NCBI GenBank assembly: GCA_976226885.1
Contig: OZ320314.1
Coordinates: forward strand, 35,774,001 to 35,838,000
DNA from: Iphione sp. A-MEVVRFRX5
Lineage: Eukaryota
DNA length: 64,000 nucleotides
Direction: 5' to 3'
The position numbers were made by a program, and so were the translations under genes. Positions within the stretch are counted from its first letter, which is position 1. Each line of letters starts with the position of its first letter. The notes beneath the pieces are model-generated. The model ran no database searches, was not told the origin of the DNA, and saw only the letters and a list, made by a program, of their open reading frames with translations. Shown here piece by piece: positions 1 through 13,630 of this stretch.

Positions 1-364
1 AAATCGAGCTGGGATTTATGCGCTATCAATCTCACTCGATTTCATTTAACTGCGGAATCTCATCTTCCGTACCCATCAGGGGCCTTCTCACCCACATCAC
101 GGGTGACCGTCCCCCCAACCCGGACTCGCCTCACAGATCGATCATCGACAGGTTCCCTGGGATCCATACGAGGCCATAATCAAGCAGGTGGCTGCGGCCG
201 AGTCTGGCACACACACACACACTGTGTGACATGATCTTGATCGTATCAATAATGTATCCTTCGTGCCTCTTGGATCTCTTTGTGGGCTTCGTGCGGGGAA
301 TCGCAGCATGCAGTGCGCTGTTTTGCCACGCGCGCAACCATGACAACCTGAAAACACAGTAAAT

Positions 365-405
365 TGCACGTGCGTATGTACGTACGTACGTACGCACATG
401 TGTGT
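365..405. repeat. 41-nt perfectly alternating purine-pyrimidine tract containing (TACG)n
   Basis: tgcacgtgcgtatgtacgtacgtacgtacgcacatgtgtgt; internal inverted repeat gtgcgta...tacgcac. Confidence 0.85.
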
Positions 406-3400
406 CTGTGTGTACGCGTATGCACCAGTGTGAGTGTGTATATGTCGGCTCATGGGTTAGCTGGCATGTTTTCCCAATCCTCTGGTGAGGGTGACAATCT
501 TCCCCTCTGTGCCAGCGTCTAGGGGAAGGGTATACCAACCCAATGATTATTAAGCTGAAGGGGAATTAATAAAAACGAGATGATGGATGCTATAGACAAT
601 ACTACCTGTCCGTCTCTCTTGAGGCTGGGAGCAGAGCATGGTGATTATGATAAGCCAGGGAGGTCGCGTTCCGGTCCCTGCCTAATCCATCAGCATCGTT
701 CAGCCGCTCCGATAGCGCGCCGACGAGGCGGATGGTCAGTTCTGCCCTACAGGAGATACTCAACAGTTCTAAGGCAGTACAGGCGGCCCCCTCTAGCGAC
801 TGAGCCTGCATGTGAACAGACACGCTCGCCTCATCTGCCAAAGTCTCAATATAATTTCTGCGTACATGAAGACGGAGGGGGAAGGTTGCAATACCGGTAC
901 GCTGCATATTTGCGGAGCTGCACTGAAGTAAGGGCAATAACAGCAGCGTAAAATATGGGCAGTTATCACCATTTTCTGACTAGCTGATCTTCTGATAATA
1001 TTATGGGGTACTCACCTACATGTCAGGAAATGATCAAGTACTAATTCGCTCGGTGGTATAAAACATGAACAAACATATTTTGATGTAGATGCCATGAAAA
1101 CATAGAGTAAATACCACACTTTAGTGGTTCATTATTTATTGAAAGCATTAACTCTCATACAAAAAGGTACTTTTAGAGGAACATCAGTAACTATGTTCGA
1201 ATAAATACATATCTCTTGAGCACGTTCCTTTTTTTGGTAAGCGAGTGCACTGCATACAGAAGAAATCATTTTCAGTTGTGAACTTTGTGGTGAATATTTT
1301 ATGTCCGCTAGATGACAAATGGGATATATATTCTGCTCCAGCGGAAATATTCCCGATTCTTATCAAACAAAATACACGTAATGCTTGAATTAAACGCATC
1401 TAGTTAGATTCTTAACGACCATTAGTAATGCCCTCACCAGTACATATACTATCCGCCGAGCACCTGCACCTGGCACTGCAAGCGACTTTCGTTGTTTAAA
1501 CGCGTTATTCGGCACCGACCGAGAGCTGACCTGTGCCAATATTCATGGCTCAGCATTTGCACATGTATACATAAAGAGGACATAAATCGAGCTTGTGAGA
1601 CGGATCACGACAGGTAGAGACCAAGCGGATGAAAAAAAAACATCGTGACATGAATAAACCCTTTGTCGGGCATTTGGTATGTTGCCGTATTCTAAAGTAG
1701 ATTTCAAGATTTTTAGGCAGATTTTTCATGCTTTAAATACTCTGATAAGCGTGCAAATATTTGAATTTAGACTATACTTTGTGCCGAAGTATTCTGCATG
1801 CCTATACGCACAATGTACACATGTACTTTCTACATTCCTGTATTCAAGCTTTTTTAATCGGATGTCCATAAAAAAAACTACAAACCTTTGAAGTATACAT
1901 GTCTGGCTTCTGTTGTGAAGTTATCATCATCTCCAATTCAATTTTATAGACCATTAGGCAGTAGTTTTGTCGTGCCTGTTAAGCCATACATCACTCTGCT
2001 GTACATGTATATTGCCTAGGTATATTTTGCTATTCCCATCGAGGTTGTTGAGTTCTATTTATAAAAAAAAATGCCTCCCAGAGCCGTCACAGAGTAGTGG
2101 GGTAGCTGAGTAATTCTGCGTCTGGCGACCAGATCCATTCGGCAAGGACAAACCAGAGATGGCATGGACGTGTGCAGCACGAGGACGCCTGGTGGGCGCA
2201 ACAAAACAGAATAATGGCGTCGGTAATAGAGAGCGCCATGGCCGCGGGCTAGGTGCCCGTCGCCGCCGGTAGACACGGACGTCCGGGATAAAGCGGCATC
2301 GGTCCAGGAGCTGCGTGCACGACAGAGGGGCTGTCAGACGGCCAGCCGGACTGGGCATGCAAGATCTTCATTCAGCCTTCATAGGCCGCCTAAACTCTAC
2401 TTGAGTAATTAGTCGTGATAGATGGTAATCGATTGGTTTGACGAATGCTTCGGACACAGCCACTAATCTCTCTTTTTTTATTGGTGGTGTGTAGCCCCTC
2501 CATTGTTTTCTGAAAGGTCAGCCTTCAAGGTCCTCTTTTCATTCTGTTTGTTTTTGTTTTAGGACTTGCTTCTGTGGATTCAATGCACTGGATGTCTTTT
2601 GTCATACTGTGGTGAAGTAGTTCTTTGAAAATGAGCTTCTGACCACGCTACAACACTCTACTAAAGGAAGATGGGAAAATCATCCCCTGCGAATCTGTTC
2701 TTTTTCCATTGGCATATACATGTACAGTTACCTCCTACGAAAAGTTTGCTTTTCTGTCACTACTACATGGAGAGGCGACATAACTGAACGAGATGCTACA
2801 CATATTAGATTTAAAGATTTTTAGCCATATCTCATTTATTCAATGTTTTTAAGTTATTGGCCATGAACTGTTCCCACTATCACTTACTGTTTGTTCAAAG
2901 TGTCTAAGGGCTGAGTACACAGAAAAAAACATTTCAGGAACAAACCTCGTGCATATTCCCATCATTGAGTGATATTTGACGTCTATTTCTCCTTTGTGAA
3001 TACATTCCGGTATGTTCATAGGTACAGACTTTGCTATGTCAATGTAGTCCTGATTGTAAGATATATGTACACTGTGTACGTCTAATACGTGACGGTATCA
3101 TATTGAATGACGAGGCTGTACAGGTTAATAACAGAGCAACATTGGAAGACAAACAACAATTAGAATGATATCTCAATCACAAGTGACCATGTTTAGTTTT
3201 AGCACCACAGGGATTACGTAGAACAAGAAGTAGAAAAGTCCATATTTGAATCAGCCGTCTCTATGGATACTCACATGCTGGTGATTCTGGAGATTCACAC
3301 CTGTCCTTTTAAGGTTTTCTCCAACCTTTGTAATACTGATATCGCCTGTAATATTACACACTGACAAAAAACGTATGTGTATTTATACATTTTTCGACAC

Positions 3401-3499
3401 ACATAATTTATTGTGGTCTCAGAAAATCCGTATAATTTACGTTGTTCTGAAATGTTCTGTTATCATATATGAGCATGCTTGGGCCTATGCCTCTTCTTC

Positions 3500-3750
3500 T
3501 CCTTCAGCAGGCTACTACCATTTACAACACCTTTTAGCCCCTGAAAGAATTGGTGTCCGTCTGCTCCCGATCCAAACCATAAGAGACTGTTCCCTGGATC
3601 CCCTCTACCAGTCTTCGCTTCCATTATCTGCATTACGAATTAGTCTCTGTTCGCTCAAGCCTACTACGCGTTTGCAAGTGCTGTCTCATTACCATACACG
3701 AGCACCATATTAGCTTGGGTGAAGGGCATTTATTGGAGGCCTTACAGTTG
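3500..3750 (-). mobile_element. Possible highly decayed CR1/L2 LINE ORF2 fragment
   Basis: Minus-strand translation with stops and frameshifts gives (PK)L-YGARVW...EQRLIRN...GLDREQ...KVVNG-like, echoing the RPxLEYxxxVW...LxxLEQRR...KILNG region after the RT domain; aligned by eye only. Confidence 0.3.
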
Positions 3751-4947
3751 AACATTGGCTGGGTGTCGATGGAAAGGGTTGTAGGTGAGAGCTAGGGGGT
3801 GCCCAGGACTAAATTGCACCTCTCCCTACCAAATGTCTCATCCATCGCCGCGACAAATGGGATCCCTTTCCTCTGGCCACTGCCACGTAGGCCTTATAAT
3901 CCAGCCCTGGGTGATGTATTTCCCTAACGCCAGTCCTCGCTCATGTGTGGCGGTTGTGCTAGGCAGCTGGCGACCACCGTCGACTCCAGTCATTGGGTAC
4001 GCACTAAGTGCCGGTAATTGAAATCATTTGTTTTCAAGGGCCGAGGGCACTGGGATTGCGGCAGGTGGGGTGAAGGGGATCCAGTGGATGGACAGGTGGA
4101 CACTGATGGGTCGGCCTCGTTATCTCCGCGAGCCCACCTCACTCCGAGGCCACCATCTCCCACCGCTCTCCTTTCTCCGCCATCGCTAGGACGACCTGCT
4201 TCGGACCCTACCTGTCAGGCCGGAGGGGCACTGGGAGCGATCACCGTGAACAGTGCTAATCAACCTCCTCGAGCCGGCGAAAGGGCCTGACGATTGGTCC
4301 TCGGAGAGAGAGGGCCACTTTGTCCGGCCGCCATCGGTCATGTGCTGCCCGCAAGTCGGGGCCCGTAACGGCGGCCGCAGCGAGCGCCAACGACGGCCAG
4401 CAATAAACAAGGCCCGCCAATGTCCTGAACCGGTCAAGTGCCCCTAAGTACTGGATGACCCTTTAGAGATAAGATCATGGCCGCGATGGCACCTTCTTCA
4501 TTATTGTCGGCATCCCCAAAGGGCCGCTTGCTACCTTCAAAGGGGACGAGGGGACATCATACCTGAAGATTATGGCTCTCTGGCGGCAGGGACTTCATCT
4601 CGACAGCCGATTGCCCCGTGGGGTTATTGTCCCGCTGCAAACGTTAACACATATTTAGCACCGGATTGCTCTTCTTTGTCGCCTGCTGCTGACAGTTTGG
4701 TCTTACCAGCGCCGGAACGTGATAAGGCCAGTCCTGCCCATCAGCGTATTGACCTGTCCCGTGACTTTCCAGACAGCAAGTGTAACACACATGGATATGT
4801 ATATGGGGTGCAGTAAGACTCGAAGAATATCACTATGACAGCTGTTTCGTCTTCGGATCTCGCCGGTCCTCACACAGCCCTTTCACCGTGCAGCAGAGGT
4901 TTTAAAGTGAAGGTGAAACAGTTATAACTATAGTTTTATAGGTACCC

Positions 4948-5035
4948 GCAGTTACTCTTTGAGTGTTACCTGTACGCAGTTATACTCTTTGAGTGTTACC
5001 TGTACGCAGTTATACTCTTTGAGTGTTATCTGTAC
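4948..5035. repeat. 30-bp tandem repeat, 3 copies
   Basis: Unit gcagttatactctttgagtgttacctgtac at 4948 (2-nt deletion), 4976 and 5006 (1 substitution); explains the LKEYNCVQVT repeat in ORF 4952..5350. Confidence 0.95.
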
Positions 5036-7099
5036 ATCACACAAATACGGCATGAAATTGTGTGCTTGTCTGCTTGCATGACGTAGTGAGTGAGGTTGAT
5101 GTCCTCCTTTCATTATATACTCATGGTATTTCCTCCAAACGACCATGTTTTTTCTTGCGATTTCACTTTGTTGTAGGAAGATATATAAACTAAGTATCTT
5201 AACATTACATTGTATATGCTTTACATACTGCGTATACCTGTAATCTAACACTTGGAATAAGGAGTATACTATTATGCGCCAAATAACTGTAAACACATAG
5301 ACTACCAGAAAGTGTAAATTTTTGAAACCAGTTGGAAGTGCATCTCTCAAATCATTTTCAAAGTTTTGCTCCGTGGTGCCCTTGAGTGGTCATACATTCT
5401 TCTGCAGGCAGACAGTACTCTCACCGAGGACCTTAAGGACAGTGATACGTTACCTCGTATCTTTTGTGGGCAGAATAGTTCTATTGATGTGTCTCTACTG
5501 CTTATCTGCGATAGGCGTGGTTGGACTTCATAGTAGTGTGTATAAGGTTTCTATTTTAAACATTTGTAAGATACGATTATCACAATTCTCTATAGGTCGC
5601 ACTCCAATAGGGAGCACGTGCATTTGTGGATTGCCAAGTGCTATCAGCCGCAACCAACGAAAAAAACGACTTTTTATCATCCAATGAAGGAGGAAATGAC
5701 AGTTGCCAGGAGAGGCCAAAAGAAGGAGTTGCCCCGTGGCTGCGTGGTTAGACATATGTCCATAGAATCTCTCCAGTGTATTCAAGCAGAATAAACCATT
5801 GGCTGGAGAACAAACGCTACCTTGAGCCACGTGCTCCGACTTCTCCTTGGGTCGTGGTGTCAGGGGGACGTCCAAGGTCACTAAAGGTGCAGTGAGTTGC
5901 GTGATCACCACCATTAGAAGGATCGTGTTGCCACCACCATCGACGCCTTGTGCCGAGGTAACGGCAACGCCTGATCGACTTCGTTCACTATCCTCCACCC
6001 CTGGCCCGCAATAATGATGCTCCTGCTGACCTAATGGTGGCAAAAGGTGCAGTAATCATTGAAATAAGCAGAAGTCCGGAGGATTGTGTGAATGCCTCGT
6101 AAGAGACCACGAAAAATGTGAACAGGATATGAGATGAGAAGCTTGAAATAATCGAGTGAAAGAGAAAATCAAACCAGAGAAATTGGGGGAAGAAAGATAG
6201 AGTAGGAAAGAAGCAGATGGAGAGATACACCGAGTGAGCGTGATTGCTCTATCTAGCAGCCATCCATTCCGGACACAATGATGTCTTGAAGCCTCATTGT
6301 ATTCCCCAGAAGGCCAGTAACGCGGCCCAACCACCCTTGGGTTGCCACAGGAGCTGGCTGTAACACCGATGTAGACTTTTGGGGGATGAGTAAAGCCATG
6401 ATTTACTTAAGTCCCAATGTAAATGAGGTTAAAGGCGACACCGTTTGCGCTGGTTTGATTCAGAGATGGTCCGGTCCCTTGATTGAGTAGGAATTGTATG
6501 CCTCCTGGTGCCTGATAATGTCCCTTCCCGCTCGACGCAAGCCCGCGAGTTTAATCTGAAGATTGCACTCGGACTGAAGCCTGCGCTCTTATTGTCAGAC
6601 GCTGACCTGTTTTTGTCAAGGCTATCGATGTCGAACAGGTTTCCCAGACTTAATAGCCGCCCTCCAGCCTCTCCAGATCTCCTGCGGTTCGTTCATGCAT
6701 TTAGATATGGAGTCTTCCTTCCAGGAATAATCAGAGCGAAAGCGGCACAATGCCAAACTGGTGGGTTCTAGAATCGCCTGCGATGATGTCACAAATTACT
6801 CATTCTTTTGAAGCCATTGTGGCCCATTTAACCACAGAAGTTATCTCTGTGAAGCTTCAATGGGCGTCCACTGCTTAAGGCTGCCCATGAAAGTTCCCCA
6901 AAGGAGGGGAAATGGTCGTTCTGCTCGCCAGACAAACCCAGTGAACTGTTATGGAGCAACGGTGGAGCCCCCCTAGCGGACAGACTACTGCAATTCATAA
7001 CAATTCGTCCATGTGATTAGGTGTACACCTATCCGGGCTCCTAATTCCCTATTCAGCAATTTGCATTTGATAGAGAAGCACATTCCACTGCCGTATTGA

Positions 7100-7290
7100 A
7101 CCCTCTTCTTTCATAAGCATTAACCACTGGGATCCATTGGAGACATCTTAACGCCGTCTTCATTGCTGATAGTTATTATCCACTTCCAAATTAGTTTCAG
7201 CGAATATATTTGCCACTCATATTCCCAACTGCTCCCATTCTGAGGTTTGTCAGCTTCTTTGAGGATCTCGGTGTGACATTTGTATTTTTA
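7100..7290 (-). mobile_element. Possible decayed CR1/L2 LINE fragment
   Basis: Minus strand tcaaagaagctgacaaacctcagaatgggagcag resembles the KLQKLQNRAA motif with a frameshift; weak. Confidence 0.2.
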
Positions 7291-7848
7291 TTACCCGTAA
7301 ATATGACCACAGTTAATGAAACTCGCGTGTGTTTTTAGCTACTTGTGTCTCATTCCCGCCTGCCCCCTGTTGGTCTTCACAGCCTTGCGGCGGCCTGATG
7401 AGACCAGGAGACTGTGGTTTCATCCTAGTTATTTTTCCTCATCTCGGCATCATTTATAGCTGCCTGAAAAGTCGAGACGATGCACTGGTCAGCCTGAACC
7501 AAAGGTCAACCCATCATGTTGTTGATTCGACTCTACATAAACCAGAGGGATACACTGTGTGAGTATGGCGAAACCACGGACCCTAGAATACGTCTGAATC
7601 TCTATCATTATGAGGGCTATTTTATTTCTTCTCCTCCTCAAGCGTATGTGAGGGCCCCGATGAAGAGTTTTGCCTCATTTATGTTCACATTTTCTGAAGT
7701 ATTATTTCATGACGATGCAAACGCATATGAAGACAATTATGCGTCGATTATTAAAAGTAACAACGTGCGTGTTATGATGTTAAAATCCATGTTATACTGA
7801 AAATATGTTTTCCCTATTTTTCCAGATATCTTGACTATATGATTTTTT

Positions 7849-8424
7849 GACTATACTGTGCCGCTAATGATGCCTAAAAGCAAAAAGCTACTAGATGAAC
7901 TGCAAGCTGAGTTCAATAGGTAATTGAAATTAGTGGTTATGGGTACATTGAGGACCCAAAGAAGTGCCCTCTCTTTAAGGAGAACATTGGGCATTGATAC
8001 TCTGTTCCAACGAGGTAATAAACTTCTTGTGAAATTAACACACAGGCTTCTTAAAATCAGAGTGTATCACTGTAAGGCTTTTTTTAACCTCAACTAGGCA
8101 GGGTAGGAGGAGGATAATTAGGGTCGAGAGGCCATGACACATGGTCTATCAGACATCCTTCATCCACACTGGATGAACATTGTGGAACAAATTGCCTGAA
8201 TCAGCCAATGCTAGGACCAAATTGACTGAGCACATGTTGAAAGATCTGTAGGGCCAATAGCTCTGTTGGACAGATAAGGAAAACAAGAACCTTCTATAGT
8301 ATGACCCTTGGTAAACTCTTTTCCACATTACTATTATCTTTCCTGTTCATATGTTGGCCGGAAGAGCTCTCAATTTCAATTCGGTTGTAAATGGAGAATA
8401 AAACTGTTTGAAGTTTGAAGTTTG
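7849..8424 (+). mobile_element. 3' fragment of a decayed CR1/L2-clade LINE (ORF2 C-terminus plus tail)
   Basis: One frame from 7849 reads DYTVPLMMPKSKKLLDELQAEFNR*LKLVVMGTLRTQRSALSLRRTLGIDTLFQRGNKLLVKLTHRLL, matching the DY..LLDKLQ..NRA..RT.SA.L..LG..TL.QRR pattern; further on SFIHTG*TLWNKLPE matches the terminal WNxLP motif; AATAAA at 8397 is followed by a (TTTGAAG)n tail at 8407-8424. Confidence 0.6.
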
Positions 8425-11216
8425 ATAGTATTTCCGTTTCCAACCAAATAAAAAGTCTCAAACTAAGAAAAATGATACCGACGCTCCGCTATATAAGGCT
8501 TGTCATTTCCTTTCAAGTGTGATTTTCCTGGAGAGTTATCTTCCTTCATACGCATGAACTATCACTTGAATTATTGGCCATGAAACCACATTAATGGGTA
8601 TCATTTATCAAATGTCTGAAGTGGTGGAAAAGGTTTATTCATGATGACTGCTAAGAGGTTCCTTCATACGAAGTTATATCAGTTCATCTGTGAGTTTTCC
8701 TTGGTCGATGTTCTAAACTAATCACCTGTTAACCGCGAAGCATTTTTACTAAGTTCGTTCGGACAAATGGCATACAAGTAAATAGGCACAGCAACCGTAT
8801 GTCTCGCTCCTTGGCTCAAGGCCCAGGTAATCTGCGAGGAGTTAAATCTTACAGTCGAAACAAGTTTTCCCCTCGCGGCCTTTCTCCTCTCCTGTGGGAA
8901 TATTGGGTCTGTGCATGGGGTCGCAATGTGTTTGCTCTCGGTCTAAGGGGCGTGACACCCCCTTCCCCTTACTCTCTTAAAGGTGACACTGGTACGATCT
9001 CTCGAGCAAAGGAGATATATGTAATCCATCAGGAGTTCATCCGGAACAAAATCCAATTGAACAGGGCCATATCTACTTATATACGTTGTACATTATACAC
9101 ATAGGGCACATTCACGCGATACATGGTACTTTATGGATCGCTCGATTTACATGCACTTACCATTTGAATGAATTCATAGACACTTCATTTAACACCGTAT
9201 AGCATTGGAGAGACCATTTTGAGTATCCGTCGCTCAACTGTTTCTGTCTACCCACCCTCCCCCATGTCCCTGCTGGGGCAGGGCAATGGGCTTTGATCCC
9301 CCGAGGTCCCCGTCCAGGGACTCCCGGCCTATCGGGATCAAGCCTCAGCAGTCAAGCGTCACAAACAGTATTATGTCGGAGATCACCTGAGCGGCCTCTG
9401 GTGGGAGAGGCAGTCCTCACAGGGCGGGCTCATTTTGCTATCTGACGGTCCCCGATCGCCCATGTCTTTGTCCACCGCTCTCAGGGTCGGGGGACGTCCA
9501 CGCTATCCTACGACGCCTGCCCCGGTTGATATAGACTGATGCCATCGGGAGATGTCAATGGCTTGTCTTGCGACTATCGCACTGCCTGGTCCAGCGTGAT
9601 GACGACGTACTCAGGTCAACTTACTATATTTCTGCCCCTCGCAGAAATGAGGCCTACCCACATGCGGTCTGCTTTGCCAATCCCATTTGACCCTTAACTG
9701 AATCCACTCTCGTCTCAAGCCTTCGACCACAACATGCGTACGTCCTCTCCTTCATTGCCCCATCGCCTTTCCTGGCCCCTCTTCTCATCTTCGCTCTAAC
9801 AGAAAGGATCAGCGACGCCTGCCCTTTTGACCCGTGCTGACATGATTCCATGAGTGGCCTTTACGACCAACTGGCAGAGGCAACCACCGGGATTAAGAAG
9901 GTCATAATCCAGCTGAGCTACTCATGTGGTCGCTGACCAAAATGGAAGAACGGCTTTGTGTTAGCTGCAGCGTTTCAATAGACGAGAACACGGCGGGGGC
10001 AGCGCATGATAGTAGAAGACGTTGCTAAGTGGGACGATCCGTCTTCACGACCCGTCCTAGAGGCAGTCGTTTCCCATCGCCTCAGCACCACTGCTACCAG
10101 CCCACTTGTGGCACGCCCCCATCGAAACCCGACGATTTATGCGACCCACAGGGTCATAGGCTATCGTGCCGCAGTAGTCACGGATGCCTCGCGTGGAGCC
10201 ACAGATGATGCGCATAAATTGGAATACGGGATCTTCGTCCTGTCTTGGTATTAGACAGGACGAATGCGTGTCACAGAGCCCCAGTAGCATGTTTAATCAC
10301 AAAAGGAAAGATGCAACCGCATCAGCGAGTAGGTGCAAAAAGAGAGAACGGTTAAAAAAAACACCACTCAGCTGCATCGACAAACAACATCAATATCTGA
10401 GGTAATATGAGAAGATGTGAGGCAAACTGTACACTCGTTGCCGCCGCAAATATGAAATCAATTTACCAGCCGGAACATGATGGCGGCGCCATTTGAATTC
10501 GTTTCACAGGGGAATAACAGCCCTGAGATAGATGGATAGATCAATATAGAGAAGAATATTGCAATAATGTATCGACTGCTTTATTAAATATAGTATTCTT
10601 TGCCTCTTTTGGCGTGTTATTCTGTTTATCTTTTCTCCCCACATTTGCGTGAGGTAACTGTAGGGATCTGTGTAGAAAGATGTACGGTAGTTATTTCATA
10701 GATTTTATTCTCTAATTCATTTATTTACCTTTTACGTCTTTCCTAAAATCGTGAATTTTGTACGATATGTATGATGTGTCTACGCCCGTTCTTAACCGGA
10801 GGGGCACATTGCCGTATTTATTTTTCTTCTTGCGTGATAAAGATTTTATACCGACTTCAAAACGCATACCTATAGAACCTCTGAAAACAAGTCTTCATGA
10901 ATCGGAACAAAAGAGGCGCGGCCTTCTCAGTTGCCACCCATGCCAAGGCAGCTTACTATGTATCCTCTAGAGGCCATGCTTTTGTGTAAGTACGATGATT
11001 TATATATAAATGAGCGTTGAATCTTCTTCATCCCTCAAGTCAAGGGCTTCTTTCTCATGGTGCTGATAAAGGTGTACAGCATTGCTTAATAATTAGATAA
11101 CAATTACTGCTACTAGAGCATGTATGTATTTCCAATAGATACACATGTATGGATCCTCGATATATTCTAGTTCCCACTTCCGACTGTGGACATGCTACTT
11201 GAAAGAATCCCGCTAA

Positions 11217-11523
11217 GGTGGTGTACACATGTATCCGTATTTTTCAAAAACGGGTACGGACCCGTAGACGTTTTTTTCCCAGTCTTAACAATTGTACTAC
11301 GTTGTTCACATGCAACCATAAAAAACGGATACGGACCCGTAGACGTTTTTTGAATCCATCGCCGACAGATTTTTCACGGACATCCATCCGTTTCCCATAG
11401 CCCCCAATGGTAGAAAAACATCTGGTACACATATGATTAGGCCTTGAATAAACTCAGCAGGAGGTATTCCACGTCTACGGACCCGTAGACGTTTTTTCTC
11501 TATGGATGCATGTGTACACGGCC
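11217..11523. mobile_element. Non-autonomous PIF/Harbinger-type MITE (307 bp)
   Basis: TIRs GGTGGTGTACACATGTATCC and (rc) GGCCGTGTACACATGCATCC; identical TAA flanks at 11214-11216 and 11524-11526 (typical Harbinger TSD); three internal copies of tacggacccgtagacgttttt. Confidence 0.85.
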
Positions 11524-11618
11524 TAAGTAAATGGTGAAGAGGGCGAGTTTTTTTTCAAAAGACATCAAGATAGTGATACTTCTGGCTAAACTAAAAAGTC
11601 TGACTCGTGTGTGAGTGG

Positions 11619-11717
11619 AGTCATATTGACTCTGTTATGAAAGAGATTCAAAGTTGATTTAGTAAGAGAGTGAATCTGAGGACTACTGCTGGACTGCCCT
11701 GTAGAGTCAATATGACT
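11619..11717. repeat. Short nested inverted repeat (mini-MITE-like)
   Basis: Perfect 15-bp IR agtcatattgactct (11619-11633) / agagtcaatatgact (11703-11717); inner gattca...tgaatc pair. Confidence 0.7.
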
Positions 11718-11799
11718 ACCGTTTTGTTTTCTGTGTAGTACATGATGCCTCTACATATGCTCCCCTCGGCCAGTGGCCCCTGCAACTTGCGATGCCATA

Positions 11800-12150
11800 G
11801 CAGCAGGAACTGTCAGGCGGGTGAGAATAATTTGGACAAATGGCTTCTATTTAGAGTCGACTCCGGGCTGCACGGCATGACCGGGTGTGCGACATCGTCA
11901 GGACGGCGCGTCGCAGCCAATCAGCTGGGCGGTATTTCTCAAAGGGCGCCGAGCCGCCGAGGTGAGAGAGTCGTTGCGCTTTGAGCCACACGGAGATGGC
12001 TCGCTGAGGCCTTGATGCCTGATGCCACTGTTCACTGCGACTCCCGGCGGTCTGATCAACCAAAGATCAATCCAAGCGAAAAGGTCACCTACTAGCTTGC
12101 ACATGCGCACCCGCGCGGAGGGTGTCTTTCCGCCTCCTTGAGGACAAGCT
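11800..12150 (+). promoter_or_regulatory. CpG-rich promoter-like island
   Basis: gcagCCAATcagc (CCAAT at 11917) next to the GC box tgggcgg; donor-like GAG|gtgaga after 11961; motif-level evidence only. Confidence 0.3.
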
Positions 12151-12220
12151 TTCAAAAGTCACCCCCTGTACCGGGGATAGTGTAATCCAAAGGTTGTTAG
12201 ACCAATTTGCATCCGTGTCC

Positions 12221-12223
<3 letters not shown>

Positions 12224-12278
<55 letters not shown>
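12224..12278. repeat. (CT)n microsatellite, ~27 units
   Basis: Direct reading; source of the ERERER ORF 12085..12393. Confidence 0.98.
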
Positions 12279-12281
<3 letters not shown>

Positions 12282-13359
12282 TGTGGAGTGCGTAAGTACA
12301 AGGCAAAAGTTCGTATTTTTTCTTCTTCAGCATCTTACAGAAAAGCGTGCGTGAACACTTGTGTTGTTTGAAACAAGGAGAAAATATGTACATCAGTTAC
12401 ATGTACATGAACTTAGGCCACGAGCGTTTCAAAGGTTGGCAAGTGTATTTCACATCGACAAGATAAAGTAGCGAGTCCCACTTGCCTACTGTTTGAAATA
12501 TTACTGCTGACACGGGACGGAATATTAAAGTCACTTTGGGCGATAGTGCACACCCCAAGCTGCAGGCTAGAGGATCCGGTAGGGACGTCATCAACACCTA
12601 CAGGAAATGTCATTTGAGTATCGCTCAACTAAGCTACGTAAGTACATGCCCATCTATCCAAACCTTTATGAGCAAAAATAACAATTGGCTCAACTGACGC
12701 GATATTATTAAAGCATCAAATATATTCAGGTAAAAGGCAATGTCGGTGCAACAAGATCACGCTTTACAGTTAAAGTAGTACTTTACCACTGGGTTACATT
12801 AGACGCGCGATAATAATGGAATATCTGGTTTAAAATATATAACTTCACAGCTTTGAATTCTATTGAAATAAAATGCAAATACGGGGTAAAGTTTGTTTAA
12901 AAGCGATATTGCCAGACATCACTTAAAATAGTCATATAAAAGCCTGTTTGTCTGTCTTTGCATATTGCTATCTCACAGCCGTCTCTTCGGAAAATAGCAA
13001 AAAGAAGAAAGCAGCACATCACTTCGATTCGGAAGGATCGAACAATATACAGAGATAGAGGGGCAAAGAGAAACAGAGGCAAACAGGCAGAGAGACATGG
13101 AATTCCATTGAAGAAAAGCCATTAAACTGATGCGTAAACAAATGATTAGGGACATTTGATTGATATTTTTTTTATCAATCTAGGGAACGTTATCATCCTC
13201 TCAAAGTCTGTATCAATAACACTGAATTTAGGTGTAGCAACGCAGAATATTCTAACCGAGCAGTTGGCACCATTCTTTAAATACACATCCACAGGTTCTC
13301 TCTTTCTTTGGTCCTGGGGCTTACATGAAATTGAATATCCTTTTCCGGATTTTGTGAAT

Positions 13360-13630
13360 TAATTGACAACAGGCGAAGTGCGGACCGTGTATTCAAGACC
13401 AGCACACTAATCCATTCAATGGTGTCCGTTTTAGGTGTCGTTTCTAATAGAGTCGGGGCATTAGCCCTTACAGTAATTAAAGACGAACGAATCGAAGCGG
13501 ATTAAGGTTCTTGTCTCTTTAATGCAGACGCAATTAAGCATTTGTGCGCCCAGGCATCAAAGGTGATTTGGGATTAAATCTCCGAAAGTTTGCGAATGAA
13601 AATCAATACATTTTTTAACGTCTAATTTGC
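13360..13630. promoter_or_regulatory. Enhancer-like cluster of homeodomain and TCF motifs
   Basis: TAATCC/GGATTA x3, TAATTA, CAATTA and CATCAAAG within ~270 bp. Confidence 0.3.

Noticed and set aside
133-748. Two minus-strand exon-like segments that join in frame
   Set aside because: Weak donor (gtagta), acceptor inside a GT repeat, and unrecognisable peptide
5528-6043. 171-aa minus ORF
   Set aside because: No recognisable domain or splice framing; length is compatible with chance
10465-10560. aacATGATGGCGGCG housekeeping-like start or YY1 site
   Set aside because: The ORF stops after 20 codons with no donor
11277-11490. acccgtaga resembling the miR-100/99 seed
   Set aside because: Part of the MITE internal repeat
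12085-12393. ORF with an ERERER tract
   Set aside because: Translation of the (CT)n microsatellite
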